From an uncultured Eubacteriales bacterium (GTDB lineage Bacteria; Bacillota; Clostridia; Christensenellales; CAG-138), in assembly GCA_902801845.1 (NCBI GenBank), contig CADCJW010000004.1, forward strand, positions 7,936 to 71,935: DNA of 64,000 nucleotides. The letters run 5' to 3'. The notes under the pieces are model-generated. The model worked only from the letters and a program-made list of their open reading frames with translations, did not search any database and was not told the DNA's origin. Made by a program: the position numbers and the translations under genes. Position 1 is the first letter of the stretch, and every line of letters begins with the position of its first letter. Positions 6,046-15,607 of this stretch are shown one piece after another.

Positions 6046-7533
6046 TCAAGCTTTCGTTTCTTCTCGCTTTCGACTAATGGCGATGAGGGCCATGCTAACC
6101 ATGAAGCCGATGGCCATGATGGGACCTGCAGTCATGATGACTTTCTTAATGAACGCACCGGATAGAAGAGCTGGCGCCTTATAGACGTATTTCGTAACGG
6201 TCATGGTCAGCTCATTGATCTTCTGGCTGGAGTATGCTTGAAGCATGGCTTTGAACTCGGCAAGGATGGCATCGCTTTCCGTGACGAGAGAATGGATGGC
6301 CGCCTCAAGTTGTACTTGTCTGGTTTCTCTCTTGCGCTCAGCGGCAGCCAAATCTTCTTCAGAGATGGTTATGACAGGAACGGAAACAGAGTCCACGATA
6401 TCATTTTGGCCTTCGCCTCCTTCAGCTGCAGACTCATCGGTGGCATCAACGCTCGGCATGGACTTTCCTGTCACATCATCGCTTTCTCCCAACAGATCGG
6501 AAAGACGCAGTTGGTAAAGGTTGATCTGATAGTTGATGTTCGTGATATCGTTGGCCAGTGATTTGCGACGGGCCATCAGTATGTCATAGGTTTCGGAGGA
6601 GTTGCCGTCGATCTTGGTGAGGGATTCACTGGTGCTCAGATACAGCACTTCGTTCTTTTCATAGGATGCAATCAGCTTGTCCAGTTTGGCCAGTGCGATA
6701 TTCTGCTTGGCCAACTGATTGTTCAGGTTGCGCAGCTCAAATTGATACTGGGTCAACAAACGTTCCGGGTTTTTTGTTAAGGCGTTGATCGTCAGGTCTG
6801 CGTCCAACCGTGTGATGTTGCTGTCGATCAGCGTGTTCAGTTGGACGCTGATATCGTTGAACCCCTTGCCATTCCACCGAAAAGCAGGTTCCTTTTCATA
6901 AAGCTCCTGGGCATAGCTGGAGACCGTTGTCAAGCGTTCCTCAAGGATCTGCAGCTGCTGCGGATAATCATACTCATCCAAGGAGAAGAGGGTGAGGTCA
7001 GTATCGAGGTTATAGGCGTAAACCTGGGAGAAGTAGGTACGATATGCGTCCATGATCCCTTGCAACAGAGCCATCAGATCTGTCTTAGGGATGGACTTAT
7101 CGAAGTCGTTATACAGCGCGATATTAAAGGTGGTGGGATGGTAGTCCCCAATGGTCAACTCTCGGCTGGCGGTAAAGTTCAGCAGCGATTCATAGTGCAT
7201 GATCTGTTCGGCCATGTCCTCTGGATATACGCCGCGGGCCACCAAACTGGGACGGATCTGCTCCGGCGTGTATCGCCCATCCATGGAGGCATTTTTCAAC
7301 CCCTGGGACAAGACCTCATCCCGCAGGATATCCCTCAGATCGAAGGCGGTGCCGTTGGGGGCTATGCCCGTGGTGGCACCATCAAAGGTGAACACAAGTG
7401 TGGCGGAGGCGTAGGTGGGGGAGGGCTTTCCGAAGAAGAGCACGGCGCTCAGCACCAGACCGACTATTCCGCAGGCCAACAATATGAGCAGGGCGTTCCG
7501 CAGCCAGTGGGTTTTCTTCATCTGTTTCATCAC
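6046..7533 (-). CDS. Polysaccharide co-polymerase-like protein (Wzz-type topology: N- and C-terminal TM helices, long coiled-coil ectodomain)
   Basis: TM helices are LLILLACGIVGLVLSAVLFF near the N-terminus and IMTAGPIMAIGFMVSMALIAI at the C-terminus. It is paralogous to the upstream gene (shared YQ[FY]xLRNL block). Confidence 0.55.
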   Translation of the reverse strand: MMKQMKKTHWLRNALLILLACGIVGLVLSAVLFFGKPSPTYASATLVFTFDGATTGIAPNGTAFDLRDILRDEVLSQGLKNASMDGRYTPEQIRPSLVARGVYPEDMAEQIMHYESLLNFTASRELTIGDYHPTTFNIALYNDFDKSIPKTDLMALLQGIMDAYRTYFSQVYAYNLDTDLTLFSLDEYDYPQQLQILEERLTTVSSYAQELYEKEPAFRWNGKGFNDISVQLNTLIDSNITRLDADLTINALTKNPERLLTQYQFELRNLNNQLAKQNIALAKLDKLIASYEKNEVLYLSTSESLTKIDGNSSETYDILMARRKSLANDITNINYQINLYQLRLSDLLGESDDVTGKSMPSVDATDESAAEGGEGQNDIVDSVSVPVITISEEDLAAAERKRETRQVQLEAAIHSLVTESDAILAEFKAMLQAYSSQKINELTMTVTKYVYKAPALLSGAFIKKVIMTAGPIMAIGFMVSMALIAISRKREETKA

Positions 7534-9086
7534 TCAGCCACCTCCTTTCGGATCGATTCATCCTCTTTTTTGAGTCGAAATTCCGGTGCGATCCCACTGA
7601 GGAACCAGAAACCGCAGGCGATGAAAAGTCCGGCAAAGCCACCGAGAGCAATCTTCTTGGCAGCGGAGAAGAGGCCTTTGCTTTCGCCTTGAGCGACAGA
7701 GTGGTCGGCATAAGTGGTGAAGGACGGGCTGTCGATGATCTCCTGGAACTGCTCGCTGATTTGGTCATAGGCTCGACGGCAGATGTCGATGACCGAGGAG
7801 AGCTCCGCCTCGGCTTTTGCCGGGTCAATTACTAAGGATGTGTCCGTTTTCGAGGCATCCAGCTTTTCGAGCTTATCTTTAATATCGGCAATTTGCTCTT
7901 CCAACTTGGCAGCTGCATTGAAGTTGTCCGCCTGCTCGATGATCAGGCTGTTGTAATAGTCGGTGGTCGTCTTGGTGGAGCGACTGCTGTCGCTCTCCTG
8001 CATAGAAACGAAGATTTCGTCGTTCTTATAGTTATCCAAAATGTTTTGATCGGTGGCGATCTTTTCCTCGATCACGGCCAGCCTGGTCTGCAGATTGCGG
8101 AGCTGGTATTGATAGCTGGTCGCTAAGGCTTCCCGATCACGAACGAGATCATTTGCGTACACATAGGCATAGAGGTAGTTCACGCTCACGTCACGCGCCG
8201 TTTGAAGCTCTGCCATAAGGTCGTTCAACGAACGTCCCGTATGCCAGGAGCGGTAGGATCGGATCGCTTCAGGTTCGTTTTCACAATAGGCATATAGATC
8301 CTGGACTGCAGTCCGCAGCATATCCAGGCTTTCCTGGATATCCTGAGCCTGGATGTCGATGGCGGCCATGACGTTGTCTGGCAGTTTCAAATCTGCGTAG
8401 GTAGCCACCAGATATTCATTGTAGGCGGCCATCACCCGATCCAGTATCAGTCTTAACTCCGAATCCGTCAATGCGACCTTCTTTTGACCAAAACCATTGG
8501 TCAGGGAGACCACAAAGCTGTTGATATAGGTGAGATCGATGTTTTGGACCTGGGTATAGGCGCCGTTGTTTTTATCATCGATCATGCGGGAGGCGACCTC
8601 CTGCTTGCGGCGGCTGTCCTCCGTTAGGATCCGGTCGATCTGGACGTTGTCCCGTAGCTCTGCCAGCGTCACCGGCTGGGAGAGGGTCAACCCATCCATG
8701 GCGGCTTGCAGTACATAGGAGGAAGTGACCTGGGAAAGATCCAGCTCGTTGCCGTCCGGTGCCGTCAGATCCTTCACAGGGGTCCGGGAAATGACTTGCC
8801 CGTCGCTGTTGCGCTTTACCACATCGTACTTGAGCGTCACCACGGAGGAAACGGTCAAGGGCTTTTTGTTGACTTGATAGAGCAGCAGTGCGGCGCATAC
8901 ACCGGCCGTGAAGCAAAGCAGCATCACCCAGAGGTAGATGCGCAGCTTTTTCTTCATATTGCGAAATACGCGGGCAAGGTCGATCTCCGTCACGCCTTCT
9001 TCGCTGGGCCGATTGACGACCAGATTGATCTGCTGGCCACGGTCCGCCACGGGAATCAGGTCTTCCCGACGTTCGTTATTTTCCAA
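7530..9086 (-). CDS. Polysaccharide co-polymerase-like protein, paralog of 6046..7533
   Basis: Same two-TM topology. Its stop overlaps the downstream start (ATGA). TTG 9086 lies 6 nt after AGGAGG. The track start ATG 9137 would sit almost at the predicted TSS. Confidence 0.55.
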   Translation of the reverse strand: MENNERREDLIPVADRGQQINLVVNRPSEEGVTEIDLARVFRNMKKKLRIYLWVMLLCFTAGVCAALLLYQVNKKPLTVSSVVTLKYDVVKRNSDGQVISRTPVKDLTAPDGNELDLSQVTSSYVLQAAMDGLTLSQPVTLAELRDNVQIDRILTEDSRRKQEVASRMIDDKNNGAYTQVQNIDLTYINSFVVSLTNGFGQKKVALTDSELRLILDRVMAAYNEYLVATYADLKLPDNVMAAIDIQAQDIQESLDMLRTAVQDLYAYCENEPEAIRSYRSWHTGRSLNDLMAELQTARDVSVNYLYAYVYANDLVRDREALATSYQYQLRNLQTRLAVIEEKIATDQNILDNYKNDEIFVSMQESDSSRSTKTTTDYYNSLIIEQADNFNAAAKLEEQIADIKDKLEKLDASKTDTSLVIDPAKAEAELSSVIDICRRAYDQISEQFQEIIDSPSFTTYADHSVAQGESKGLFSAAKKIALGGFAGLFIACGFWFLSGIAPEFRLKKEDESIRKEVAE

Positions 9087-9147
9087 TAGGTACCTCCTAT
9101 CCGGCCCTTTCGGGCACAAGTATACATACTTGTACAAAGTACATTAA

Positions 9148-9176
9148 ATTATAGCATGAGAGGTCAAAAAAAGCAA
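9148..9176 (-). promoter_or_regulatory. Candidate promoter of the co-polymerase-like operon: TTGCTT-17 nt-TGcTATAAT
   Basis: The reverse complement of 9171-9176 is TTGCTT and of 9148-9153 is TATAAT, preceded by an extended -10 TG. Confidence 0.45.
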
Positions 9177-9222
9177 CGGGGCGGCATATATTTACAGCCT
9201 GGCAAAAGGCCAGGCTGTATGC

Positions 9223-11286
9223 TTACGGCAGTTTTCCTTCCCGCTCTGCCTGGACCACGGCGTCGTAGTTGAAGGGGTCCGTGGCGATGGGGGGGAAGTT
9301 GTCCTCATAGAATCGCCAGAAATAGGGTTTGACCTTGCATTGCTGGTTGGTCCACATGAAGCATTTGTGCTTATGGACCCGGCTGATCAGAGGATCGAAA
9401 TGGTACCAGCCGGTGCCGATGTTGACGATCAGCCAGTAATGGCGGGTGGCGCCGCCCCGGCGGGTCACGCTCATGTAGGGCACCTGAAGCTCATCCAGCA
9501 GGGCGCGGGTCAGAGAATACACGGTGAAGCAATCACCCCGCCCCTCCTGATTGCCCCGGATGGCCTCCCGGCGCCAGTCCGTCTTGTTGGAGGCTCCGGT
9601 GTAATGGACCCGTGCCCGCACGTACTCGAAGACGGCCTTCATTTTTTCGGCGGTGACCATGTCCGGCGTCAGGATCTGGGAGAGAACGGTTTGGGCCATC
9701 TTGTGGACCTGTTCCTCGGTCACGGCCGGTTCCACCAGGGTGTAGGTGCAGCTCTTGGAAGCGGTGTTCCCGCTTTGGTCCGTGGCGGAGTAGGTGACGG
9801 TATACTTGCCCTTCCGAGACAGGATCACCTGGCTGTCCACCATCATGTCCACCCGCCCGTCCACGGCGTCCTCGGCGTAGGCTTCCTGCAGATAGACGAT
9901 GGGCTCCCCCACATATCCGCTGCGGTCCACCACGCCGTACAGGACGGGAGGCGTGTCGTCCACCTGCAGCGTCAGGGGGAAGGCCATGGTGGTTTCGTTC
10001 CCGACAGCGTCCACGGCCCGGACGGTGAAGGTCTGGGGCTGATCACTGGTTTCGTCGGGGGCCTGGAGGAAGGAAAGGGTCGTGCCCGTCACGTCCTCCG
10101 CATCCACCAGCTGCTCCGGTGACAGGGCATGGTGGGTATAGAAGGGGCCCTCCTTCAGGGAGAGGGTGGGTCCGGTGGTGTCCACCAGGGTCACCATAGC
10201 GATCTCAGTCGTCTCGCCGAGCTGGACCCGCACGGGGTAGGTCCCCGGCGCGTTGGCCATAAAGGGCTCCGGGGACCCCTCGGGATGGCCCAGATCGTCT
10301 CCGGTGAGCAAGCCGTTTTTCGCCTCCACGGTCAAGCGCCCCAGGGAGGAATAGAGGACCTGGGCAGGCACGTCCGTTTGGTTGCCGCCGGCATCCATCA
10401 CCCGGATGAGGATGTCCTGTATCTCCCGGCTGTCAGGATCGGGCGCCACGGCGAAGAGGTAGTTCAGCGCGGTTACGTCATCGGTGTTCGCCAAAAAATC
10501 TTCCGGCGGCACGTCTTCCCCCGGCTGAAGGATCAAAAACTGTCCCTCTCCGGAGGGGGGCACCGTATCCTGGATCACCAGGGTGGTGGGGAAGACGCGT
10601 CCGTTCTCCGGACATTCGACCCGCAGGCGGTATTCTCCCGGCGTCCGCAGCATCTCCTCCGTGATGGGGTCCAGAAGGCTCCCATGGAACCCTTCGGTCA
10701 AAAAGGGGTCCACCGTGGGGATGGGGCTGCCCGCTTCCACCAGGACCTGGTCCACCGTGGCCCGGATGCGGGCGGTGGAAACCACATCGTTTTGATTGCC
10801 GCTGCCGTCCTCCAGATGGATCACCACCGCCTGGGTCCCGGCGGGGGAGAAGTCGTATTCCTCAAAAAAACTGACGGCCACCCGGTCCGCGTCCTTCAGA
10901 TCGGCGATGAACTGGTCCGGCGTGGGCTCGTAGCCCGAGGGAAACTCCAGCGTCACCGGATCGGCAACGGGGGCGGTGGTATCCTCCACGATCAACAGAC
11001 AGGGTACCACCCGGAACCGGGTGACTACCTGCACCACGTGTCGGCCAAGGGTCGTGTCGCTTTCGTCACAAAGCCGCAGGGCCCCTTCGGTTCGACAAAA
11101 AGCGGCGGCCGGGGGCACGCCCTCGCCGTATTCTCCATGGACCACGGGGGATACGCCATGGTACATCCAAAGCAAAAACACGCCCAGCACCAACAGCAGG
11201 GCCAGCAGGCACAGCAAAACCGTCCGTCTCCTGTTGCGAGGGGCGGCGACTTCCTCTCTATTCGATTGACGCGCATCCATTTCCAT
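9223..11286 (-). CDS. Membrane-anchored transglutaminase-domain protein with repeated Ig-like (DUF5011-like) modules
   Basis: N-terminal TM helix VLLCLLALLLVLGVFLLWM. Repeated modules begin DT[TV][AGP]P. The C-terminal transglutaminase core is GDCFTVYSLTRALLDELQVPY...HYWLIVNIGTGWYHFDP (Cys-His-Asp). Confidence 0.75.
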   Translation of the reverse strand: MEMDARQSNREEVAAPRNRRRTVLLCLLALLLVLGVFLLWMYHGVSPVVHGEYGEGVPPAAAFCRTEGALRLCDESDTTLGRHVVQVVTRFRVVPCLLIVEDTTAPVADPVTLEFPSGYEPTPDQFIADLKDADRVAVSFFEEYDFSPAGTQAVVIHLEDGSGNQNDVVSTARIRATVDQVLVEAGSPIPTVDPFLTEGFHGSLLDPITEEMLRTPGEYRLRVECPENGRVFPTTLVIQDTVPPSGEGQFLILQPGEDVPPEDFLANTDDVTALNYLFAVAPDPDSREIQDILIRVMDAGGNQTDVPAQVLYSSLGRLTVEAKNGLLTGDDLGHPEGSPEPFMANAPGTYPVRVQLGETTEIAMVTLVDTTGPTLSLKEGPFYTHHALSPEQLVDAEDVTGTTLSFLQAPDETSDQPQTFTVRAVDAVGNETTMAFPLTLQVDDTPPVLYGVVDRSGYVGEPIVYLQEAYAEDAVDGRVDMMVDSQVILSRKGKYTVTYSATDQSGNTASKSCTYTLVEPAVTEEQVHKMAQTVLSQILTPDMVTAEKMKAVFEYVRARVHYTGASNKTDWRREAIRGNQEGRGDCFTVYSLTRALLDELQVPYMSVTRRGGATRHYWLIVNIGTGWYHFDPLISRVHKHKCFMWTNQQCKVKPYFWRFYEDNFPPIATDPFNYDAVVQAEREGKLP

Positions 11287-11363
11287 GCCCTACATCATAG
11301 CACGTTTCGACAGTCGCGGCCATCCCATGGGGAATAGTTCACAATTTCGCAACGGTTTTTATG

Positions 11364-11392
11364 AAAAAAACGGGACAGCCCGGACTGTCCCG
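11364..11392 (-). terminator. Rho-independent terminator of the 11411..12004 gene
   Basis: Stem CGGGACAG/CTGTCCCG, followed on the minus strand by a T7 run (plus-strand A7 at 11364-11370). Confidence 0.75.
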
Positions 11393-11410
11393 CCAAAAGA
11401 TGGAGAATGG

Positions 11411-12004
11411 TCACGCCCGACCGCTGAGGACATCGGGAGCTGCGAGACCCGCTCTGTGGAGCAGGAGGGCGCCGATGAACAGCAGCCCCTCGCCCAGCAG
11501 GTTGACGCTTTGGGCCACCCAGTGCATGGAGGCCTGAGCAAAGTCCCGGCTGGACAGGTATCCCATCATCAGAATCAGCACGAAGGAGAGGATGAACAGG
11601 GGAACGGCGCTTCGGTTCACCTTCCGGGCGATGTACACCAGGCCGGCGGACATGCCCAAATTTCCCAGCACCATGCCCATGACGAAGACCATGGTGAGGG
11701 AATGAACGATCCGGCGCTTGCCGTACATAAAGGCCAGCATGCCCACCCCCAGCAGAACAAAGCCCAGGGACTGGCAGGGGAAGAAGGCCCGGTTGAACAG
11801 CTCCACGGGGGAGGCGCCGACGGCGTTCTGCAGCTTCCAGATCGCCTTGAAGAGACCGGCTGCGAACACCGTGGCCGCGCCCAGAGGGAGCAGCAGCCCT
11901 GCGCACAGATCCAGCTTGTTCTTCAGGTCCTTGAACAGGACTACCCAGGCCGCGCCAAAGAGCAGCACCGGCACAAAATCCATCAACGCCATGGGTACGG
12001 TCAT
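11411..12004 (-). CDS. Integral membrane protein, unknown function
   Basis: 197-aa ORF that is almost entirely hydrophobic helices. It has its own terminator. Confidence 0.65.
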   Translation of the reverse strand: MTVPMALMDFVPVLLFGAAWVVLFKDLKNKLDLCAGLLLPLGAATVFAAGLFKAIWKLQNAVGASPVELFNRAFFPCQSLGFVLLGVGMLAFMYGKRRIVHSLTMVFVMGMVLGNLGMSAGLVYIARKVNRSAVPLFILSFVLILMMGYLSSRDFAQASMHWVAQSVNLLGEGLLFIGALLLHRAGLAAPDVLSGRA

Positions 12005-12042
12005 CGTCTTATCCTCCTTGTTGCTTGTTCTTCCTCGATTCC

Positions 12043-12723
12043 TTATATGGGCATGACCACGGTGCGGAAGAAGTCCTCGGCCCCTTCCTTGCCCAAGGTT
12101 TTGGTCAGGGCGGCGGTGGAGGGGTTCCCCTCCTCGATCATCCGCCGCTGGAAGGCCTTCAGCCCCTCCCGGTTCTCCGCTTTTACGGGAGCGGCCAAAG
12201 CCTGCTTGGCATAGGCCTTCAAGGCGTCCGTTGCCATCCGATCCAATCTGGCCCTGTCCCCGGTCTTGATGAGGGAGCCCTCCATGCGCTCCTGCACATA
12301 CCAGGCGGGCTTCTCGGCGTAGTCCGGCACGTCTGCATAGGGGGCGCTGGCGGCCAGCAACAGATCCTTGTCAGCTCCGGCGGCGGTGCAGTCGTAGTAT
12401 TCCACATAGCAGAGGTGCTTCTTGCCCATGTCCATGGTGTCGATGAGCAAAAAGGGCACATTCTTCCCGGAGCTGGGCGTCAGCACCACGGTGGTGAGGT
12501 TCATGAGCCCCAGCATGGCGCGGGTCTTGAGCACGCACAGGTTCCCAAATCCGTCCATCTCGTACTGCTCCAGGTGGAACCGCATCATGAGGCTCCCCAT
12601 GGTCTGGTATTTCTCGGGCGTCACGTCCTTGAGCGCAAACCGTTCCTTCATAACAGCGACCGCATCCACGCCGATCACCTCCTTGCGTTCCTTTAGTATA
12701 CCCTCCTCCCCCTCAAAAAGCAA
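12043..12723 (-). CDS. Hypothetical cytoplasmic protein
   Basis: The ORF shows coding-like composition in this frame. The start is uncertain: TTG 12723, or GTG 12669 which follows AAGGAGG. No family was recognised. Confidence 0.55.
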   Translation of the reverse strand: MLFEGEEGILKERKEVIGVDAVAVMKERFALKDVTPEKYQTMGSLMMRFHLEQYEMDGFGNLCVLKTRAMLGLMNLTTVVLTPSSGKNVPFLLIDTMDMGKKHLCYVEYYDCTAAGADKDLLLAASAPYADVPDYAEKPAWYVQERMEGSLIKTGDRARLDRMATDALKAYAKQALAAPVKAENREGLKAFQRRMIEEGNPSTAALTKTLGKEGAEDFFRTVVMPI

Positions 12724-12740
12724 GGGAAGGGGTCGCCTGC

Positions 12741-13865
12741 CTATTTCATATCCGGAGCATATTCCGTGATCGTGACGGCCTCGCTGCCGGCCATCTCCGG
12801 GCGGGCCTTGGCTTTCTTGACGTAGGTGTCGAAGAATTCTAGGTGGAGTTTACAAACGGTCTCGTGTAGCACGTTCGCGTCGAGCTTTCCGGTCAAAAGC
12901 GGCATATGCATCATGTGCTTCATATCCGTGAACCCCAAATGCTGCATCCCCTGGAACACAGCGCCGTAGACCGGTTGGGTGTGATCTATGAATGCTCGGG
13001 TCTCCGCCTTGACGTTTGCCTGGCAACTGACCTGCAGGAAGGGTGCATGCAAGATCTTCCCCTGGGTTTCTCCGAACAAGGCCCCGTCCAGATTGACCCC
13101 GCAAACGAATTCGGGATGGTCCAGGCACAGAGCATAGGCCGTGGCTCCGCCCAGGGAATGGCCCGTTGCAGCGATGCCGCAGGAAAAGTCGATGAGATCG
13201 CCGTACTGCTCCCTGGCGTATCGGACGGCGTCCAGGGTGTCCTGCTCCCAGGTCAGGACCCGGCTGACGATGAGCTTGCAGTATCGCTGCTGCAGCTGGT
13301 CGAACTGCTGCGCCAGCTCCCGGTCATCGCCCTTAGAATGGGTCAGCCGAATGGCCTGGATCATGCCGCCCAAAAGGGGATCGTACTGCTTTTTGGAGAG
13401 CTCTGAATCAAAAAAGATGCAGGTGCCGTCGTTCAGCTCTGCGCAGCAGGCGTCGTAGGGGTGGCCTACGGCGAGGATCACGTACCCCTGGGAGGCGAGC
13501 TCGATGCAGAGGAAGGAATTGCTCTCCCGATAGGAGGATAGTCCGTGATTGAAAACCACCAGCGGGAAGGCGGCGCCCTCTATCCGCGGGGCATCGGTAT
13601 AGCACTCGGACACGTTGTCTCCGGCGGCTTCCCGCTTGTCATAGGGGATGGGCACATGGATGGCCTTGCGCAAGCCTTCCGCCACGTTCCTGGACATATA
13701 GTGGGCCCGGTCCATGCCCGCAACGGATCCCTTTTGCACAGGGTAATAGACCCTGACCGGGACGCTCCTTTTGGTGCCGGGCGCTCTTAGCTCGTCCCGG
13801 TCGGTGTATACCGTAAAGGTCGTGGTGCCGACGGCATATGCGCCGGTGGGAAGAGGTCTCTTCAT
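12741..13865 (-). CDS. Alpha/beta hydrolase (PAF-acetylhydrolase/lipase-like)
   Basis: Nucleophile elbow ATGHSLGGATA. The length and N-terminal YAVGTTTF...VRVYYP pattern resemble plasma PAF-AH-like lipases. Confidence 0.7.
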   Translation of the reverse strand: MKRPLPTGAYAVGTTTFTVYTDRDELRAPGTKRSVPVRVYYPVQKGSVAGMDRAHYMSRNVAEGLRKAIHVPIPYDKREAAGDNVSECYTDAPRIEGAAFPLVVFNHGLSSYRESNSFLCIELASQGYVILAVGHPYDACCAELNDGTCIFFDSELSKKQYDPLLGGMIQAIRLTHSKGDDRELAQQFDQLQQRYCKLIVSRVLTWEQDTLDAVRYAREQYGDLIDFSCGIAATGHSLGGATAYALCLDHPEFVCGVNLDGALFGETQGKILHAPFLQVSCQANVKAETRAFIDHTQPVYGAVFQGMQHLGFTDMKHMMHMPLLTGKLDANVLHETVCKLHLEFFDTYVKKAKARPEMAGSEAVTITEYAPDMK

Positions 13866-13937
13866 CCTGCGTTTCTCCTCTCTGCGGGGTCATATAAAAC
13901 CGGGAGGCAGTCGCCTCCCGGACAAGTCGATATACGG

Positions 13938-14768
13938 TTAGTCCGCTACGTCCTTCAAAAGGGATTCCGTCAGCTTGTCCAGCCAGGGCCCTTCGTAGAG
14001 CTCGATGAGACCGGCGTCCACGGCGGCGGAGAGCTTGGGGGTGATGGGGATGCGGGCGACCTGGGGGATGCCGTTCTTCTGGGCGATCTCCTCCAGATGG
14101 CTTTCGCCGAAGAGATAGTGCTTCTTGCCGCAGTCGGGGCACTCGAAGTAGCTGAGGTTCTCCACGATGCCCACAATGGGCACGTTGAGGAGCCCCGCCA
14201 TCTTCACGGCCTTCTCCACGATCATGCTCACCAGCTCCTGGGGGGAGGTGACCACCACGATCCCGTCCAGGGGGAGGGACTGCATGACGGTCAAGGGCAC
14301 GTCGCCGGTGCCCGGGGGCATGTCCACATACAGCACGTCCACGTCCTTCCAGACCACGTCGGTCCAAAACTGCTTCACCGCGCCGGCGATGACGGGACCC
14401 CGCCACACCACGGGGGAGGTCTCATCGGGGAGGAGCAGGTTGATGCTCATCATCTGGATGCCGGTCTTGCTTTCGGAGGCGAAGAGGGCGTCCTCGGTGC
14501 CCGTGGCCTTCTCATGGATGCCGAAGGCCTGGGGGATGGAGGGGCCGGTCACGTCCGCGTCCAAAATGGCGGCCCGGTAGCCCGCCCGCTGGGTGTTCAC
14601 GGCGAGGAGGGAGGTGACCAGGGACTTGCCCACACCGCCCTTGCCGCTCAGCACCGCGATGACCTTCTTCACCTTGGACAGGGGATGGGGCGCTTCCTGA
14701 AAGCTCTTGGGGTCCCGGCTGTCGCAGTTCGCGGAGCAGTTGGAACAATCATGATTGCATTCTTCCAT
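13938..14768 (-). CDS. Mrp/NBP35 (ApbC) family ATP-binding Fe-S cluster carrier
   Basis: Walker A motif SGKGGVGKS, Cys-rich N-terminus CNHDCSNCSANC, and conserved CPDCG. Confidence 0.85.
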   Translation of the reverse strand: MEECNHDCSNCSANCDSRDPKSFQEAPHPLSKVKKVIAVLSGKGGVGKSLVTSLLAVNTQRAGYRAAILDADVTGPSIPQAFGIHEKATGTEDALFASESKTGIQMMSINLLLPDETSPVVWRGPVIAGAVKQFWTDVVWKDVDVLYVDMPPGTGDVPLTVMQSLPLDGIVVVTSPQELVSMIVEKAVKMAGLLNVPIVGIVENLSYFECPDCGKKHYLFGESHLEEIAQKNGIPQVARIPITPKLSAAVDAGLIELYEGPWLDKLTESLLKDVAD

Positions 14769-14803
14769 TATCAGTTCCCTTTCAATTTAATCGTTACGTT
14801 CTA

Positions 14804-15529
14804 TTATTCTTCCTCCAGGAGGAAGGACAATGCTTCGCCGATCTTCTCGTGGACGCAGAGGGTGGCGTCGGAATCCCGGTCCGTCCGGCTCAGGTTGATG
14901 AGCACCAGCTCCTTGCCCGAGAAGTAGTCGATGAGCCCCGCCGCCGGGTACACCACCAGCGACGTGCCCCCCACGATCAGGGTGTCCGCCCGCTGGATGT
15001 GGGTCACGGCGGAAACGAGGGTGTTGGTGTCCAGCCCCTCGCCGTAGAGGACCACGTCCGGCTTGATGACGCCGCCGCAGGAGCAGGTGGGCACGCCCTC
15101 GCTTTGCTGGATGTATTCCATGGGGTAGAATTTGTGGCACTTGGTGCAGTAGTTCCGATGGACGCTGCCGTGGAGCTCCAGCACGTTTTTGCTCCCCGCG
15201 GCCTGGTGGAGCCCGTCGATGTTCTGGGTGATGACGGCGGTGAGCTTGCCGTCCTGCTCCAGCTTCGCCAGGGCCCGGTGGGCTTTGTTGGGCTTGGCTT
15301 CCGGGTACAGCAGGAACTTCTTATAATAATCGTAGAAGACGTCCGTGTGCCGCCAGAAGAAGTCGTGGCTCAAGAGCACCTCCGGGGAGTGGCCGTAGGC
15401 GGTCTGGGCCTTGTAGATGCCGTCCGCGCTGCGAAAGTCGGGGATGCCGCTTTCCGTAGACAGGCCCGCCCCGCCCAAAAAAGCGATGCGGCGACTATTT
15501 TCAATGACTTGTCTCAATTTCTCGTTCAT
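14804..15529 (-). CDS. cobB: NAD-dependent protein deacylase (Sir2 family)
   Basis: GAGLSTESGIPDFRS motif. Zn-ribbon cysteines CTKC...CSCGG. Confidence 0.85.
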   Translation of the reverse strand: MNEKLRQVIENSRRIAFLGGAGLSTESGIPDFRSADGIYKAQTAYGHSPEVLLSHDFFWRHTDVFYDYYKKFLLYPEAKPNKAHRALAKLEQDGKLTAVITQNIDGLHQAAGSKNVLELHGSVHRNYCTKCHKFYPMEYIQQSEGVPTCSCGGVIKPDVVLYGEGLDTNTLVSAVTHIQRADTLIVGGTSLVVYPAAGLIDYFSGKELVLINLSRTDRDSDATLCVHEKIGEALSFLLEEE

Positions 15530-15607
15530 AGGGGCAGTATAGCATATTCGGCGGAGCGGGTCAACGGCTCTTTACCGACGGGCTCCTTTGCGGTATACTT
15601 CGTATAT

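Noticed and set aside
11285-12214. 309-aa plus-strand ORF and other overlapping ORFs across 11.3-12.7 kb (11295-11906 minus, 12025-12696 plus).
   Set aside because: They overlap the better-supported minus-strand membrane-protein and hypothetical genes. Their translations are H/G/Q/R-rich shadow sequences without motifs.
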